Below are positions 1-15,000 of a DNA stretch of 64,000 nt, in pieces; the stretch's first letter is position 1, and every line of letters starts with the position of its first letter. Both the position numbers and the translations under genes were made by a program. The notes beneath the pieces are model-generated. The model did not search any database, had not been told where the DNA came from, and worked only from the letters and a program-made list of their open reading frames with translations. The DNA is from Flavobacteriales bacterium (GTDB lineage: Bacteria; Bacteroidota; Bacteroidia; Flavobacteriales_F; PHOS-HE28): the NCBI GenBank assembly GCA_016721005.1, contig JADKJM010000019.1, positions 323,747 to 387,746 of the forward strand. Direction: 5' to 3'.

Positions 1-3000
1 GAGATCATCATCGCATCGCTCGAGACCGCGCACGATCCGTTCGTGATGGTGGTGAGCGTCAACTGCACGCTACCCGAGGTGATGTCCGCACCACTCATCG
101 TGTAGGTCGCGTTTGGATCCGTGTTGTTGCTGAAGAAGCCAGAACCCGTGCTGCTCCACGTGATGCCCTGCGATCCGCCGCTGAAGTTGCCCGCGAGTTG
201 CGCGATCGGTGCATTCGCACAGAGCGCTTGGTCGGCGCCCGCGAACGCGTAGCTCGAGTTGCCGAACGTGATCACCATGGCGTCCTGCGTGCTCGGACAG
301 GTACCGGTGTTCGTCGCAGTGAGCGTGAGCACCACGGATCCGTTCGTCACATCCGCTGCGGAGAAGAAATACTGCGCGTTCAGGACATCAGCGTTCGGGC
401 TGAATGTGCCGGTGCCGGTGGATGTCCATGTACCGGAAGGTGATCCGTTCTGGATGCTACCCTGCAGGTTGGCTTGGCTCGAGAGCACGCACACGTTCTG
501 GTCCGGACCGGCGCTGGTAACAATGCCGTTCGTGAGATAGATGGTCATCGCATCGCTCACCGGATTGCAATTCGCGTTGTTCAGCGAGGTGAGCGTGAAG
601 GCGATCGATCCGTTCGCCACATCCGCGGCGCTGGCCGTGTAGGTCGTGTTCAACGAGCCCGCATTCGCGATCGTACCTGTACCGGTCGTGGTCCATTGGC
701 CCATGTTCGTGATGCCGGAGATCGTTCCGCTCAGGTTGAACTGCGTCACGGCATTGCAGAAGGTCTGATCAGCACCGGCGTTCACATACGGCGCCGGGGT
801 CAGCGTCAACAGCATCGCGTCCGTTGCGTTGTTACAGGTGTTCGGTGCGCTAAGGGTCAGCGTGAGGATGCCGATCGTGGTGTCGATCGCACTCGGCACA
901 TAGGTCGGCGTGAGCACGTTGGCGTTCGGGAAGAAGGAGCCCGTACCAGAGGTGGTCCACTGCACTTGCGTGGCGTCACCGCTCAGTGTTCCGTTGAGTT
1001 GCGTTACGCCGTTGTTCGCGCAAGCCGTCACATCAACGCCAGCGTTCACGGTGCCCGCAGGTTGGATCGCGATGAACATCGTGTCGATCGCCGCCTGGCA
1101 AACACCAGTACTCGTAGCGGTGAGTACCAAGTAGGCACCACCGGCGAGCTGGTCGTTCGCGCTCGCCTGGTACACGTTGCTCAGCGCCGTATTCGGGTTG
1201 GCGAAGGCGCCGCTACCCAAGGTGCTCCAAGTCCCGCTGCTCGACGCACCGTTCACCGACCCATTGATCACAATGTTCAGGTTGTTGTAGCAGGTCACTT
1301 GGTCCGCACCAGCACTGGCCACCGATGCAGGCGTGATCGTCAGCACCATCTGGTCCATCGCGTTGTCGCAACTGTTCACGCTCCAGGTGAAGGTGATCGT
1401 GCCTAGAGCAGGATCACCCGATGCGACCTGATACACCGCGTTGGCGTCCGCAGCATTCGGTAAGAAGCTACCAGTGCCCGTGCTGGTCCACTGGCCTTGG
1501 GTCGCATTGCCGGTGATCGTTCCGTTCATCTGGATCGTGTTCGTGGTGGAGCAGATGACTTGATCCACACCCGCGTCCGCGATCGCGTTCGGCAGAATGG
1601 TCACGGTCAGTACATCGCTCACGGCGTTGCACAGACCGTTGCTCGTCGAGGTCAACGTGAGGTCGACCGTACCGCTCAACGAATCGAGGCTGCTGGCGAT
1701 GTAGGTCGCGTTCAACGTGGATGCGGTCGGACTGAAGAGTCCAGTGCCGGTCGTACTCCATAGGCCTGTGGTCGCACCGCCTTGCACGGTTCCATTCAGC
1801 GGCACTTGCAATTGGTTCGAGCAAGTGATCACATCCGCACCCGCATTCACCACTGGTGAAGGCGTAACTGTGATCGTCACTTGGTCAGTCACAGCCAAGC
1901 AGTTGCCGTTTCCAGTGGTCGTGAGCGTGAGTTGCACGCTACCCGATCCCAGTTCGAAGTTGGATGGCGCGTATTGCGCATTCAGCGTTTGTGCGTTCGG
2001 CGTGTAAGTACCGAGGCCTCCACTCCATTGTGCACCCGTAGCCACAGTGATGGAGCCGTTGAGGTTCACCACCGGGTTGTTCATGCACACGTCCAGATCC
2101 GCTCCGGCATTCACCGTTGGAGCGGGTGTGAAGGTCACGACCATCGTATCGCGTACGGCAATGCAGTTGCCATTGCCCGTGCTCGTCAAGTAGAGGGACA
2201 GCGTGCCTGCCGCGAGTTCACCTGCGCTCGGCGTGTACACCGGGCTCAGCACGTTGCTGCTCGGCGCGAATGTTCCGCTGGCGCCTGTCCAAGTTCCACC
2301 ACTTGCGTTGGTGACGTTACCGGTGAGTTGGACCGCACTGTTGTTCGCGCAGATCTGCAGGTCGCTACCGGCGCTCACGATCGGCGCACCGGTGAAGATG
2401 ATCGTCATCTGGTCGGTCACCGCTGTGCAGTAAACCGTTCCTGTAGAAGACAAGGTCAGCGTGAGCGAACCAGCCGCGATCTCCGCTGCGGTCGGTGCGT
2501 ACTGCGTCGCCAGCATGGTGTTGCTCGGGAAGAAGGTTCCCGCACCACCGCTCCACGCGCCACCCGGCGCATTGCCGACGAAGCCGTTGAGTTGCACGTT
2601 CGAATTGTTCGCGCAGATCTGCTGATCCGGTCCGGCGTTCACCACAGGAACCGGATCCACGATCACCACCAGACTGTCGCGCACCACCGTGCAATTGCCG
2701 TTGCCCGTGGTGCTCAGGATCAGGTTGAATTGGCCCGATGCCATCTCCGCAGCCGTTGGCGCGTAGCTCGCATTCAGTGCCGCATTGCTCGGCGTGAACA
2801 GACCGGCGCCACCGCTCCATGCGCCACCGGTTGCCACGGTCACCGCACCATTCAGGTTCACTTGCGTGGTGTTCGCGCAGATGCGGATGTCCAACCCGGC
2901 ATTGGCCGTCGGCGCCGGAGTGAATTGCAATCGCACGGAGTCTGTTGTTGCGAGACAACCGCCGTTGCCGGTCGATGTGAGGAAGAGCCACGCCTGACCG

Positions 3001-6000
3001 CTCGCGATCTCCGCAGTGCTCGGTGTGTAGGATGCGTTCAATGCGCTCGAGTTCGGGCTGAAAGCGCCGGAGACGCCACTCCATGTTGCACCGGTAGCGT
3101 TCGTCACTTGACCTGCGAGTTGTGCGATCGGATTGTTCGCGCAGAGCACTTGGTTCACACCCGCTTCCACGATCGGCGCAGCCGTAATGGTCAATACCAC
3201 TTGCGAGGACACTGCATTGCACAAGCCATTCCCGGTGCTTGTGAGCGTGATCGTCGCCGCACCGGCAGCGATCTCCGCATTGCTTGGCGTATAGGTCGCG
3301 CTGAGGTTCGTGGCACTTGGCGTGAAGACTCCTGCACCGCTCCACATACCGCCGGTCGCGTTCTGCACCGATCCGGCCAATTGAGCAGAAGAATTGTTCG
3401 CGCAAGAGGTCAGCGGTGTGCCCGCGTTCACTATCGGTGATGGGTTGATGGTGATCATCACTTGGTCGGTGACCGGGTTACAAGTTCCATTGCCGACCGT
3501 TGTCAACGTGAGTGTCACTGTACCCGCGCTGATCTCCGAGGCGCTCGGCACATAGGTCGCGTTGAGCGTGCTGTTGTTCGGTGTGTAGCTGCCGTTGCCG
3601 CCGCTCCAGAGAGCACCAGTCGCAACGGTGATCGCACCATTCAACGTAACCGATGGGTTGTTCGCACAAGTGAAGAGATCCACACCGGCGTTGGCTGTCG
3701 GAGCAGGCGTGAAGGTGTAGCTCACGGCATCGCTCATCGCCGCGCAACCGTTGTTGCCCGTGGTGGTCAGGGTCAAGGTCACTTGTCCTGCGGCGAGTTC
3801 GCCAGCAGAAGGTGTGTACATAGCGTTCAGAGCGTTCGCATTCGGCGTGAATGTTCCACCAGCACCAGACCAGGTGCCGCCGTTTGCAACGGTGACAGTT
3901 CCGTTCAATTGGATGCTCGCATTGTTCGCGCAGCGCACGCCATCGCCACCAGCATTCGCGGTCGGCGATGCGGTGAAAGTGATGAGCACTTGATCGGACA
4001 CCGGAACGCAGTTGCCATTGCCGATCGTGGTCAGCGTCAGGGTCAAGGTGCCAGCGGTGATCTCTACAGCGGTGGGTGTGTAGATCGCGTTCAGCGATGC
4101 GATGCTCGGCGCAAAAGTGCCTGCACCACCGCTCCATTGGCCGCCACCGGCGCCGCTCACGGATCCACCGAGTTGGACTTGTGCGTTGTTCGAGCAGACC
4201 GCGATATCAGCGCCCGCATTCGCGCTCGGCGATGCGATGATGGTGATCACCATCTGGTCGCTCACTGCGTTGCACAAGCCATTACCTGTGGAAGTCAGGG
4301 TCAGCGTCGCAGTACCGAGGGCCACTTCAGCAGGGCTCGGATAGTAGCTCGCGTTGAGGGTGTTCGCGTTCGGCGTGTAGGTCCCGCCGCCGCCGCTCCA
4401 TACGCCACCGCTGGCGATGGTCACGGAACCGTTCAGGATCACCGTCGGATCGTTCGCGCACACCGTGCGATCGAGACCCGCGTTCACCACGGGGCTCTGC
4501 GAGAAGAAGATCACCATCTGATCGCTCACCGACAGGCAGCTACCGTTTCCGGTGCTGCTCAGTGTTAGCGTTACGGAACCGTTCGCGAGCTCCGAAGTGC
4601 TCGGCGTGTACACCGCGTTCAGTGTGTTGATGCTCGGCGAGAAGGTGCCCGTGCCGCCACTCCAGATGCCACCGCCCGCGTTGCTCACGGATCCGGCCAT
4701 TTGCACACTAGCGTTGTTGGCGCAGACCGTGCGGTCCACTCCCGCGTTCACCACCGGTGAAGGAGCAATGAAGATGACCATCTGATCGGAAACACCATTG
4801 CACAAGCCATTGCCGGTGCTGCTCAAGGTGAGCGTCACCATGCCCGCAGCAACTTCACCGAGTGTCGGTGTGTAGGTCGCGTTCAGGTTCGTGTTGCTCG
4901 GGTTGAAGGTGCCTGAACCGCCGCTCCAGATCCCGCCGGTCGCGTTGTTCACTACGCCAGCGAGCTGTGCTGTTGGTTGGTTCGCGCACACGGTGCGGTC
5001 AACTCCGGCGTTCGCGATCGGCGCAGGCGTGATGGTGATCACGATCTGATCGCTCACCGGATTGCTGTTCCCGTTGCCCACCGAGGTGAGTGTCAGCGTC
5101 ACCGTACCGGCCGCGCGTTCAGCAGCGCTTGGTGTATAGATCGCGTTCAGCGTGCTGTTGTTCGGATTGTACGTGCCCGTTCCGCCGCTCCAGATGCCGC
5201 CAGTGGCGATGGTGATCGCACCGTTCAACTGCACTGCAGGGTTGTTCGCGCAAACGGTTTGATCCGGTCCTGCATTCGCGGTCGGTGCTGCGCCAAAGAA
5301 GATCGTGATCTGATCGGTCGCTGGCGAGCAACTTGCGTTACCCGTGGTGATCAAGGTCAGCGTCACACTGCCCGCCGCGATCTCCGCAGGGGTCGGCGTG
5401 TACACTGCATTCATCGTGGTGTTATTCGGGCTGTAGGAACCCGCGCCACCGCTCCAGGTCGCACCGGTGGCGATGGAGAAGCTGCCCGCGAGCGTCGTGT
5501 TCGCGTTGTTCGAACTCACGGTCTGATCCGGACCCGCATTCGCCGTCGGCGCTTGCGTGTAGGTGATCACCATCGCATCGCTCACCGCCGCGCACGTGCC
5601 GTTGCCGGTCGTGGTCGCGGTGAGTGTTACCGATCCGTTCACGACTTCGATGGGCGAAGGTGAGTATGTGATGTTCTGTGCCGTGCTTCCTGGGCTATAC
5701 GAACCCGACCCACCGGACCATTGTACACCCGTAGCAACGGTGATCACCGCGTTCAATGTTGCGGTCGCATTGTTGCCGCAGACCGATTGATCAACACCGG
5801 CGTTCACCGTCGGTGCAGGCGTGATCGTGTAGGTCACGTTGTTCGTTACCGCATTGCACAAGCCATTGCCAGCAGAGGTCAGGGTCAGCGTCACCGTCCC
5901 GGCGGTGATCTCCGCAGCCGTCGGCGTGTAGGTCGCGTTCAGTGTGATGCTGTTCGGGCTGAAGGATCCTGCACCACCGCTCCACACGCCACCCGCAGCA

Positions 6001-9000
6001 CCGGTCACGGTACCGTTCAAGGAGATGGTCGCAGCGTTCGCGCAGACACTTCCATTCGCTCCGGCGTTCACGATCGGCGCAGGCGTATAGGTGATGATCT
6101 TGGTGGCAGTAGCGGGTGCGCAATTGCCGTTGCCCGTGGTGGTCAAGGTCAAGGTCACCTGTCCTGCGGCCAGATCACCGGCGCCGGGGTTGTAAGTCGC
6201 ATTGAGCGTATTCGCGTTCGGCGAGTACGTTCCCGTTCCACCGCTCCACACGCCGCCCGTTGCCACGATCACGCTGCCGCCGAGGGCAACTGCTGCGTTG
6301 TTCGCACAACGCGTCACGTTCGGACCAGCATTCGCAGAAGGCGGATCAGTGAAGGTCAAGAGCACTTGGTCGCTCACCGCATTGCACAAACCGTTGCCGG
6401 TGGTGGTGAGCGTGAGCGTCAAGCTTCCTGCTGCGATCTCCGCCGCCGTCGGCGTGTAGATCGCGCTCATGTTCGTCGTGCTTGGATCGAAGGTGCCCGC
6501 ACCGCCGCTCCAGATACCACCGGTAGCGATCGAGAATGCACCGGACAATCCGGTCGAAGCGTTGTTCGCGCAAAGCACACGGTCCGCACCGGCGTTCGCC
6601 GTCGGAGCAGGTGTGATGCTGTACGTCACCTGGGCGCTCACCGCATTGCAATTGCCGTTGCCCGTGGTGGTCAAGGTCAGTGTCACGGTGCCGGCGGCAC
6701 GTTCAGCCGCGCTTGGCGTGTACACCGCGTTCAGCGTGGCATTGTTCGGATTGTACGTGCCCGTTCCACCGCTCCAAGCAGCACCCGTGGCACCGGTGAT
6801 CGCACCAGCAAGCGCGATGTTCGCGTTGTTCGCGCACACCGTTCCGTTCGGTCCTGCATTCACGGTCGGCGCAGGCGTGAAGGTGATCAACTTGGTGTCC
6901 GATACTGCTGTGCAGTTCCCGTTGCCCGTGGTGGTCAGCGTCAACGTCAGTGTACCCAACGCGAGTTCCGCAGGCGTCGGCGTGTAGGTCGCGTTGAGCG
7001 TGGTGTTGTTCGGCGTGAATGATCCCGCACCACCGCTCCAGATCCCTCCAGTAGCAACTCCGACCGCACCATTCAGCGGAACGTTCGCGTTGTTGCGGCA
7101 CACGGATACATCCACACCGGCATCCACTGTCGGGCTCGGCGTGAAGCTGATCAACATCTGATCGCTCACTGCCACACAGTTGTTGTTGCCAGTTGTGGTC
7201 AACGTCAACGTCACGGAACCGTTCGAGAGCTCCGTCACCGTCGGCGTGTAGGTAGCGTTCATGTTCGTGGTGCCTGGGCTGAAAGTGCCCGCACCACCGC
7301 TCCACACACCACCGGTCGCGATCGTGAAGCCACCGTTCAAGGTGGTCGCCGAATTGTTCGCGCAACGCACTTGATCCACACCCGCGTTCACTGTCGGTGC
7401 AGGGGTGATCGAATAGGTCACGTTCGAGCTCACCGCATTGCAGTTACCGTTGCCGGCCGAGGTCAGCGTGAGCGTTACCGTTCCGGCGTTGCGTTCGGCA
7501 ACGGTCGGTTGGTAGGTCGCGTTGAGCGTGGTGTTGTTCGGCGTGAAGACACCGGCGCCACCGCTCCAGATCGCACCGCTCGCGCCACTCACCGATCCGT
7601 TCAAGGTGATCAATGAAGCGTTCGAGCAAACCGTCCCGTTCGGACCTGCGTTCACCACGGGAGCAGGAGTGAAGGTGATCGTGCGCGTGCTCGTGACGGC
7701 GTTGCAATTACCGTTGCCGGTGGTTGTCAAGGTCAGCGTCAGTGTTCCCGCTGCGAGTTCCGCAGGGGTCGGCGTATACACCGCGTTCAGCGTGGTGTTG
7801 TTCGGTGTGAAGGACCCCAGGCCACCGCTCCAGATACCGCCCGTGGCACCGGAAACCGAACCGGTCATCGTCACCTGCGGATTGTTCACGCAGATCGAGA
7901 TCGGAGCACCCGCGCTCGCAACAGGCGCTGGCGTGAAGCTGATCGTGACCTGATCGATAACAGCGATGCAGTTGTTGTTGCCGGTCGTTGTCAATGTGAG
8001 TGTGACAGAACCGGTCGCGATCTCAGCAGCCGTTGGCGTGTAGGTCGCATTCAGGTTCGTGGTGCTCGGTGCAAAAGTGCCTGCATCTCCGCTCCAAATT
8101 CCGCCCGTCGCAACGGTCACGCTGCCGGCAAGTGTTGCTACTGCATTGTTCGCGCAACGCGATTGGTTCGGACCCGCATTGGCTGTCGGAGCAGGCGTGA
8201 TCGAATAGGTAACGTTGCTCGATACCGCATTGCAATTACCATTGCCCACCGTGGTGAGCGTGAGCGTCACCGTACCCGCCGTACGTTCAGCAATGCTCGG
8301 CGTGTACACTGCGTTCAGCGTGGCGTTGTTCGGATTGTATGTGCCGGTTCCGCCGCTCCACACCGCGCCTGTTGCGCCGCTCTGTGAACCGGCCAAGGTG
8401 ATCGCGGAATTGTTCGCGCAGACGGTTCCATTCGGACCGGCGCTTACTGAAGGTGCAGGTGTGAACGAGATCACACGACTGCTCTGCACGGGGTTGCACA
8501 TGCCGTTGCCGGTGCTCGTCAGCGTCAAGGTCAAGGTGCCACCAGCGATCTCCGCTGCGGTCGGCGTGTAGGTCGCGTTGAGCGTTGTGTTGTTCGGATT
8601 GTAGGTACCCGTGCCACCGCTCCACACGCCACCGATCGCTCCGGAAACGCTGCCGTTCAAACTCACCTGTGCATTGTTCGCGCAGAGCGAAACGGGCGCA
8701 CCGGCGTTCACCACAGGTGCTGCGGTGAAGTTGATCACCATCTGATCGATCACGGCGACGCAGTTGCCGTTGCCGGTCGTCGTCAGCGTAAGCGTCACTG
8801 AACCATTCGCGATCTCAGCAGCGCTTGCTGTGTAGATCGCACTCATGTTCGTGGTGCTCGGATCGAAAGTTCCATTGCCGCCACTCCACACGCCGCCTGT
8901 CGCGACAGTGAAGGCGCCGCTCAGCGAGACCGCCGGATTGTTCGAGCAACGGGTCGCATCGGGACCCGCGTTCACCGTTGGTGTGGGCGTGATCGCATAG

Positions 9001-12000
9001 GTCACGTTCGCGCTCACCGCGTTGCAGTTCCCGTTGCCAACCGTCGTGAGCGTGAGGGTCACCGTGCCCGCCGCGCGTTCGGCAGCGGTCGGCGTGTAGA
9101 CCGCGTTCATGGTAGCGTTGTTCGGGTTGTAGCTGCCCGCGCCTCCGCTCCAGATCGCACCCGTTGCACCGGTGAAGGCACCGGCCAGCGTGATGTTCGA
9201 ATTGTTCGAGCACACGCTGCCGTTCGACCCAGCGCTCACCGTCGGTGCTGGCGTGAACGTGATCACGCGCGCACTGGAAACCGGATTGCAATTGCCGTTG
9301 CCCGTGCTCGTCAGCGTCAGTGTTACTGTGCCTGCGGCGAGATCGGAAGCGCTTGGCGTGTAGGTCGCGTTGAGCGTGGTGTTGTTCGGTGCGAAAGTGC
9401 CGGAACCGCCGGTCCATGCACCGCCCGTTGCGCCGAAGACACTGCCGTTCAAACTCACCTGAGCGTTGTTCGCGCAGAGCGAGATCGGCGCACCAGCGTT
9501 CACTGTGGGTGCATCGGTGATGCTGATCACCATCTGATCGGCTACTGCAGTGCAGGTGCCGTTGCCAGTGGTCGTCAACGTCAAGGTCACGATACCTGCG
9601 GTGATCTCCGCCGCGCTCGGTGTGTAGATCGCACCCATGTTCGTGGTGCTCGGATCGAAGGTGCCTGCACCACCGCTCCAGATACCTCCGGTAGCGATCG
9701 TGAAGGAACCGTTCAATGCAACGGTCGGATTGTTCGCGCACACCGTGCGATCGAGTCCGGCGTTGGCGGTCGGCGCAGGAGTGATCGTGAACGTCACCTG
9801 ATCATTCACCGCATTGCAATTGCCATTGCCTACCGTGGTGAGCGTGAGCGTCACCGTACCCGCTGCGCGTTCAGCAGCGCTCGGTGTGTACACCGCATTG
9901 GTGGTCGTGTTGTTCGGATTGTACGTACCCGTGCCGCCGCTCCAGATCACGCCGGTCGAAACCGTGAAGGCACCCGCCAAAGTGATCGCGGAGTTGTTCG
10001 CGCACACCGTTGCGTTCGGACCCGCATCCACCGTTGGTGCAGGTGTGAAGGTGATCACACGGCTGTCGGAAACAGCGGTGCAATTGCCGTTACCCGTGGT
10101 GGTCAACGTCAAAGTCAACGTGCCCGCAGCGAGTTCCGCGGGGGTCGGCGTGTAGGTCGCGTTAAGGTTCGTGTTGTTCGGCGTGAAGGAACCCGCGCCA
10201 CCGCTCCAGATCCCACCGGTCGCGATCGTCACCGATCCACCCATGGGCACGCTGGCGTTGTTGCGGCACAGCGTCAAGTCAGGACCTGCATTCGCCGTCG
10301 GACTTGCTGTGAAGTTCAACTGCACCTGATCCGTCACGGCGATGCACGTACCGTTACCGGTCGTGGTCAGCGTCAGCGTCACGTTGCCGTTCGCGATCTC
10401 CACGGCCGTCGGGGTGTAGGTCGCGCCCATGTTCGTGGTGCTCGGACTGTAGGAACCATTACCACCGCTCCAGACACCACCGGTCGCAACCGTGGAGGAG
10501 CCACTCAACGTGGCTACCGGGTTGTTGCTGCAAAGCGTTTGGTCCGGACCCGCATTCGTGGTCGGAGCAGGCGTGATCGTATAGGTCACACTCGACGCGA
10601 CCGCATTGCAATTGCCATTGCCCGCAGAAGTCAGGGTCAGCGTCACTGTACCGGCAGTGCGTTCAGCAGCGGTCGGTGTGTAGGTCGCATTCAGCGTGGT
10701 GTTGTTCGGGGTGTAAGTGCCACCGCCGCCGCTCCAGATCGCACCGGTCGCACCCGTAACAGATCCGTTCAAGCTGATCGTCGCGTTGTTCGTGCAAACA
10801 CTTCCATTCGGACCAGCGCTCACGATCGGCGAAGGCGTGAACGTGATCACCTTGTTGCTCATCACCGGATTGCAATTGCCATTGCCCGTGCTGGTCAAAG
10901 TCAACGTCAGTGTGCCACCCGCGATCTCCGCAGCGGTGGGCGCGTAGGTCGCAGTGAGTGTAGTGTTGTTCGGGTTGAAGGTGCCTGTGCCGCCGCTCCA
11001 AATGCCGCCGGTCGCACCGGAAACGGATCCACTCAAACTCACTTGCGCATTGTTCGCGCAGAGCGAGACCGCAACACCCGCATTCACCACGGGTGCATCG
11101 GTGATGAAGATCACCATCTGATCATTCACCGCCGTGCAGCTGCCGTTGCCGGTCGTCGTCAATGTCAACGTCGCGATACCCGCAGTGATCTCCGCCGCGC
11201 TCGGCGTGTAGACCGCCCCCATGTTCGTGGTGCTCGGATCGAAGGTGCCTGCGCCACCGCTCCAGATACCACCGGTAGCGATCGTGAAGGAACCGTTCAG
11301 TGCGACCGCTGCGTTGTTCGCGCACACCGTGCGATCGAGTCCGGCGTTGGCTGTTGGCGCAGGTGTGATCGTGAACGTCACCTGATCATTCACCGCATTG
11401 CAATTGCCATTGCCCACCGTGGTGAGCGCAAGCGTAACCGTACCCGCTGCGCGTTCTGCTGCGCTCGGCGTGTACACCGCGTTCATCGTGGTGTTGTTCG
11501 GGGTATACGTGCCCGCACCGCCGGTCCACTGGGCACCGGTTGAAACAGTGAACGCTCCGGCCAAAGTGATGGCGGAGTTGTTCGCGCACACCGATGCGTT
11601 CGGACCGGCATTCACAGTAGGAGATGGCGTGAACGTGATCAAGCGGCTATCGGCAACCGAATTGCAATTGCCGTTACCCGTGGTGGTCAATGTCAGCGTG
11701 AGCGTACCCGCAGCGAGTTCCGCCGGGGTCGGCGTGTAGGTCGCGTTGAGCGTGGTGTTGTTCGGCGTGAATGAACCGGCACCACCGCTCCAAATGCCGC
11801 CAGTTGCCACGGTCACCGATCCACCGAGTGCAATGCTTGCGTTGTTGCGACAGAGCGACAGGTCAGCACCGGCGTTGGCGGTCGGACTTGGCGCGAAGTT
11901 CAGTTGGACTTGATCGGTAACGGCGAGGCACGTGCCGTTGCCGGTCGTCGTCAAGATCAAGGTCACCGTGCCGCTCGCGATCTCCGCAGCGGTCGGCGTG

Positions 12001-15000
12001 TAGGTCGCGTTCAGGTTGGTGGTGCTCGGCGCGAACGTGCCCGCACCGCCGCTCCAGATGCCGCCCGTGGCGATCGTCACGCTTCCACCAAGTGAAGCCA
12101 CCGGGTTGTTGGTACACAGCGATTGATCCGCTCCTGCATTGGCTGTCGGAGCAGGCGTGATCGTCCAGGTCACGTTCGAGCTCACCGCATTGCAATTGCC
12201 GTTGCCTGCGGAGGTCAATGTCAGCGTTACCGTTCCAGCAGTGCGCTCGGCAGCAGTCGGCGTGTAGGTCGCATTGAGCGTGGTGTTGTTCGGGTTGTAA
12301 GTACCAGCACCACCGCTCCAAATGCCGCCGGTCGCACCGATCACGGATCCATTCAAGTTGATCGTTGCGTTGTTCGTACAAACGCTTCCGTTCGATCCAG
12401 CGCTCACGATCGGCGAAGGCGTGAACGTGATCACCTTGTTGCTCGCGACAGGATTACAGGCGCCATTGCCCGTGCTCGTCAATGTCAGCGTCAACGTGCC
12501 CGCCGCGATCTCCGCTGCGGTTGGCGTGTAGGTCGCGGTAAGTGTGGTGTTGTTCGGGTTGAAAGTGCCCGTGCCACCGCTCCAGATGCCACCGGTCGCA
12601 CCCGTAACAGATCCACTCAAACTCACTTGCGCATTGTTCGCGCAGAGCGAAACAGCAATGCCTGCATTCACAACAGGTGCCGCCGTGAAGGCGATCACCA
12701 TCTGATCAGCAACAGCGATGCAACCACCATTGCCAGTGGTCGTCATGGTCAGCGTCACCGTACCGCTGGAGATCTCACCAGCGGTCGGCGTGTACTGCGC
12801 ACCCATGTTCGTGGTGCTCGGATCGAAGGACCCTGCGCCACCGCTCCAGATGCCGCCTGTCGCTACCGTGAACGAACCGTTCAAAGTGACCACCGCGTTG
12901 TTCGCGCATACCGTGCGATCCACACCGGCGTTCGCTGTCGGTGCAGGCGAAATGGTGAAGGTCACCTGATCGCTCATCGCATTGCAATTGCCGTTGCCCA
13001 CCGTGGTGAGCGTCAGCGTTACCGTACCGGCAGTGCGCTCAGCAGCACTTGGCGTGTACACCGCATTCAGTGTAGTGTTGTTCGGAGCGTAAGTGCCCGT
13101 GCCGCCGCTCCAGGCCGCGCCTGTCGCCACGGTGATCGCGCCCGCAAGCGTGATGGCCGAGTTGTTCGCGCATACCGTCGCGTTCGGACCTGCATCAACC
13201 GTCGGAGCCGGAGTGATCGTGATCACTTTGCTGCTCGATACTGCCGTGCAATTACCGTTGCCGGTGGAAGTCAGTGTCAATGTCACCGTACCCGCCGCGA
13301 TCTCCGCAGCGCTCGGTGTGTAGGTCGCGTTCAACGTAGTCGCGTTCGGGTTGAATGAACCCGTGCCGCCGCTCCATGCGCCGCCCGTTGCACCGGTCAC
13401 ACTACCATTCAAAGCGACCTGAACGTTGTTCGCGCAAACCGGAACAGCAACTCCTGCGCTTACAACAGGCGCAGGCGTGAAGGTCAAGAGAACTTGATCG
13501 GTCACCGCTATGCAGCCACCGTTGCCGGTAGTGGTCAACGTCAGCGTCACTGATCCGCTGGAGATCTCTCCCGGGGTGGGCGTGTACTGCGCGCCCACGT
13601 TCGTGGTGCTCGGATCAAAAGACCCCGCGCCACCGCTCCACACACCACCTGTCGCAACCGTGAACGATCCGTTCAAGGTGGCCACTGCGTTGTTCGCGCA
13701 AAGTGTTTGGTCGAGCCCCGCGTTCGTTGTCGGTGCGGGTGTGATCGCGTAGGTCACGCTCGCGCTGACCGCATTGCAATTGCCATTGCCCACCGTGGTG
13801 AGCGTCAGCGTCACCGTACCTGCCGTGCGTTCCGCAGCGCTCGGCGTGTACACCGCGTTCATCGTGGTGGTGTTCGGGTTGTACGATCCCGTGCCGCCAC
13901 TCCAAACCGCACCTGTCGCGAGTGTGAAAGAACCCGCCAAGGTGATATCCGCGTTGTTCGCGCAAACACTTCCGTTCGCTCCGGCATTCACCGTAGGGGC
14001 TGCCGTGAAGCTGATGACCTTGTTGCTCGTGACGGGCAAGCAGTTGCCATTGCCTGTGCTGCTCAACGTGAGCGTTAACGTGCCCGCCGCGATCTCTGCA
14101 GCAGTTGGTGTGTAGGTCGCATTCAGCGTGGTGTTGTTCGGTGCGTATGAACCAGCACCGCCGCTCCAAGCCCCACCGGTTGCGCCGGTGACCGAACCGC
14201 TCAGCGTGACAACCGCATTATTCGCGCAGAGCGAAACCGCAGCGCCTGCATTCACGACTGGTGCTGCCGTGAAGTTGATGAGCACCTGATCGTTGACCGC
14301 AACGCAATTCCCGTTGCCTGTCGTGGTCATCGTCAAGGTCACCGAGCCGCTGGCGACCTCCGCAGCAGTGGGTGTGTATTGCGCCGACATGTTCGTCGTG
14401 CTGGGGTCGAAGGAGCCCGCACCACCGCTCCACACACCACCTGTGGCCACCGTGAACGATCCGTTCAACTGCACCACCGCGTTGTTCGCACAGCGCGTTT
14501 GGTCAGGACCTGCGTTCGCAGTGGGTGAAGGCGTGAACGTCACCAGCATGCTGTCCGCGACGGCCGCGCACACACCGTTACCGGTGGAGGTCAGCTTGAT
14601 CCACATTTGTCCGGCGGTGAGGTTTGCGGCAGTCGGCGTGTAGGTCGCGTTCAGGTTGCTGTTGCTTGGCAGAAAGGTGCCACCACCGCCAGTCCACACT
14701 CCACCAACTGCGTTCAACATGGTGCCTGCCAACTGCACCACGGAGTTGTTCCGACAAACGTTCTGGTCCGGTCCAGCGTTGGGGATCGGTTTCGGACTGA
14801 AGGTGACCACCATCGCGTCGTTGGCTGGTGTGCACGGACCTGTGGAGGTCAGGGTAAGGGTCACGCTGCCGATAGCGAGATCACCGATGCTCGGGTGGTA
14901 GGTCGCGTTCAGCGCCGTTGCACTTGGCATGAAGGTTCCGCTGCCGGTTGTTGTCCAGATACCCGTAGTGCTTCCTCCGGAAACCGTACCAGCCAAAAGC

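Noticed and set aside
1881-3440. 519-aa plus-strand ORF, with many similar long plus-strand ORFs (474..1406, 3462..4568, 5721..7022, 10539..11543, 12123..13358) and all listed minus-strand ORFs inside 1..16439
   Set aside because: Extremely R/G/H/C-rich with no domain-like sequence. They are alternative-frame readings of the GC-rich repeat DNA of the giant minus-strand gene, whose real frame (position mod 3 = 2) is stop-free and gives a signal peptide and Ig-like repeats.
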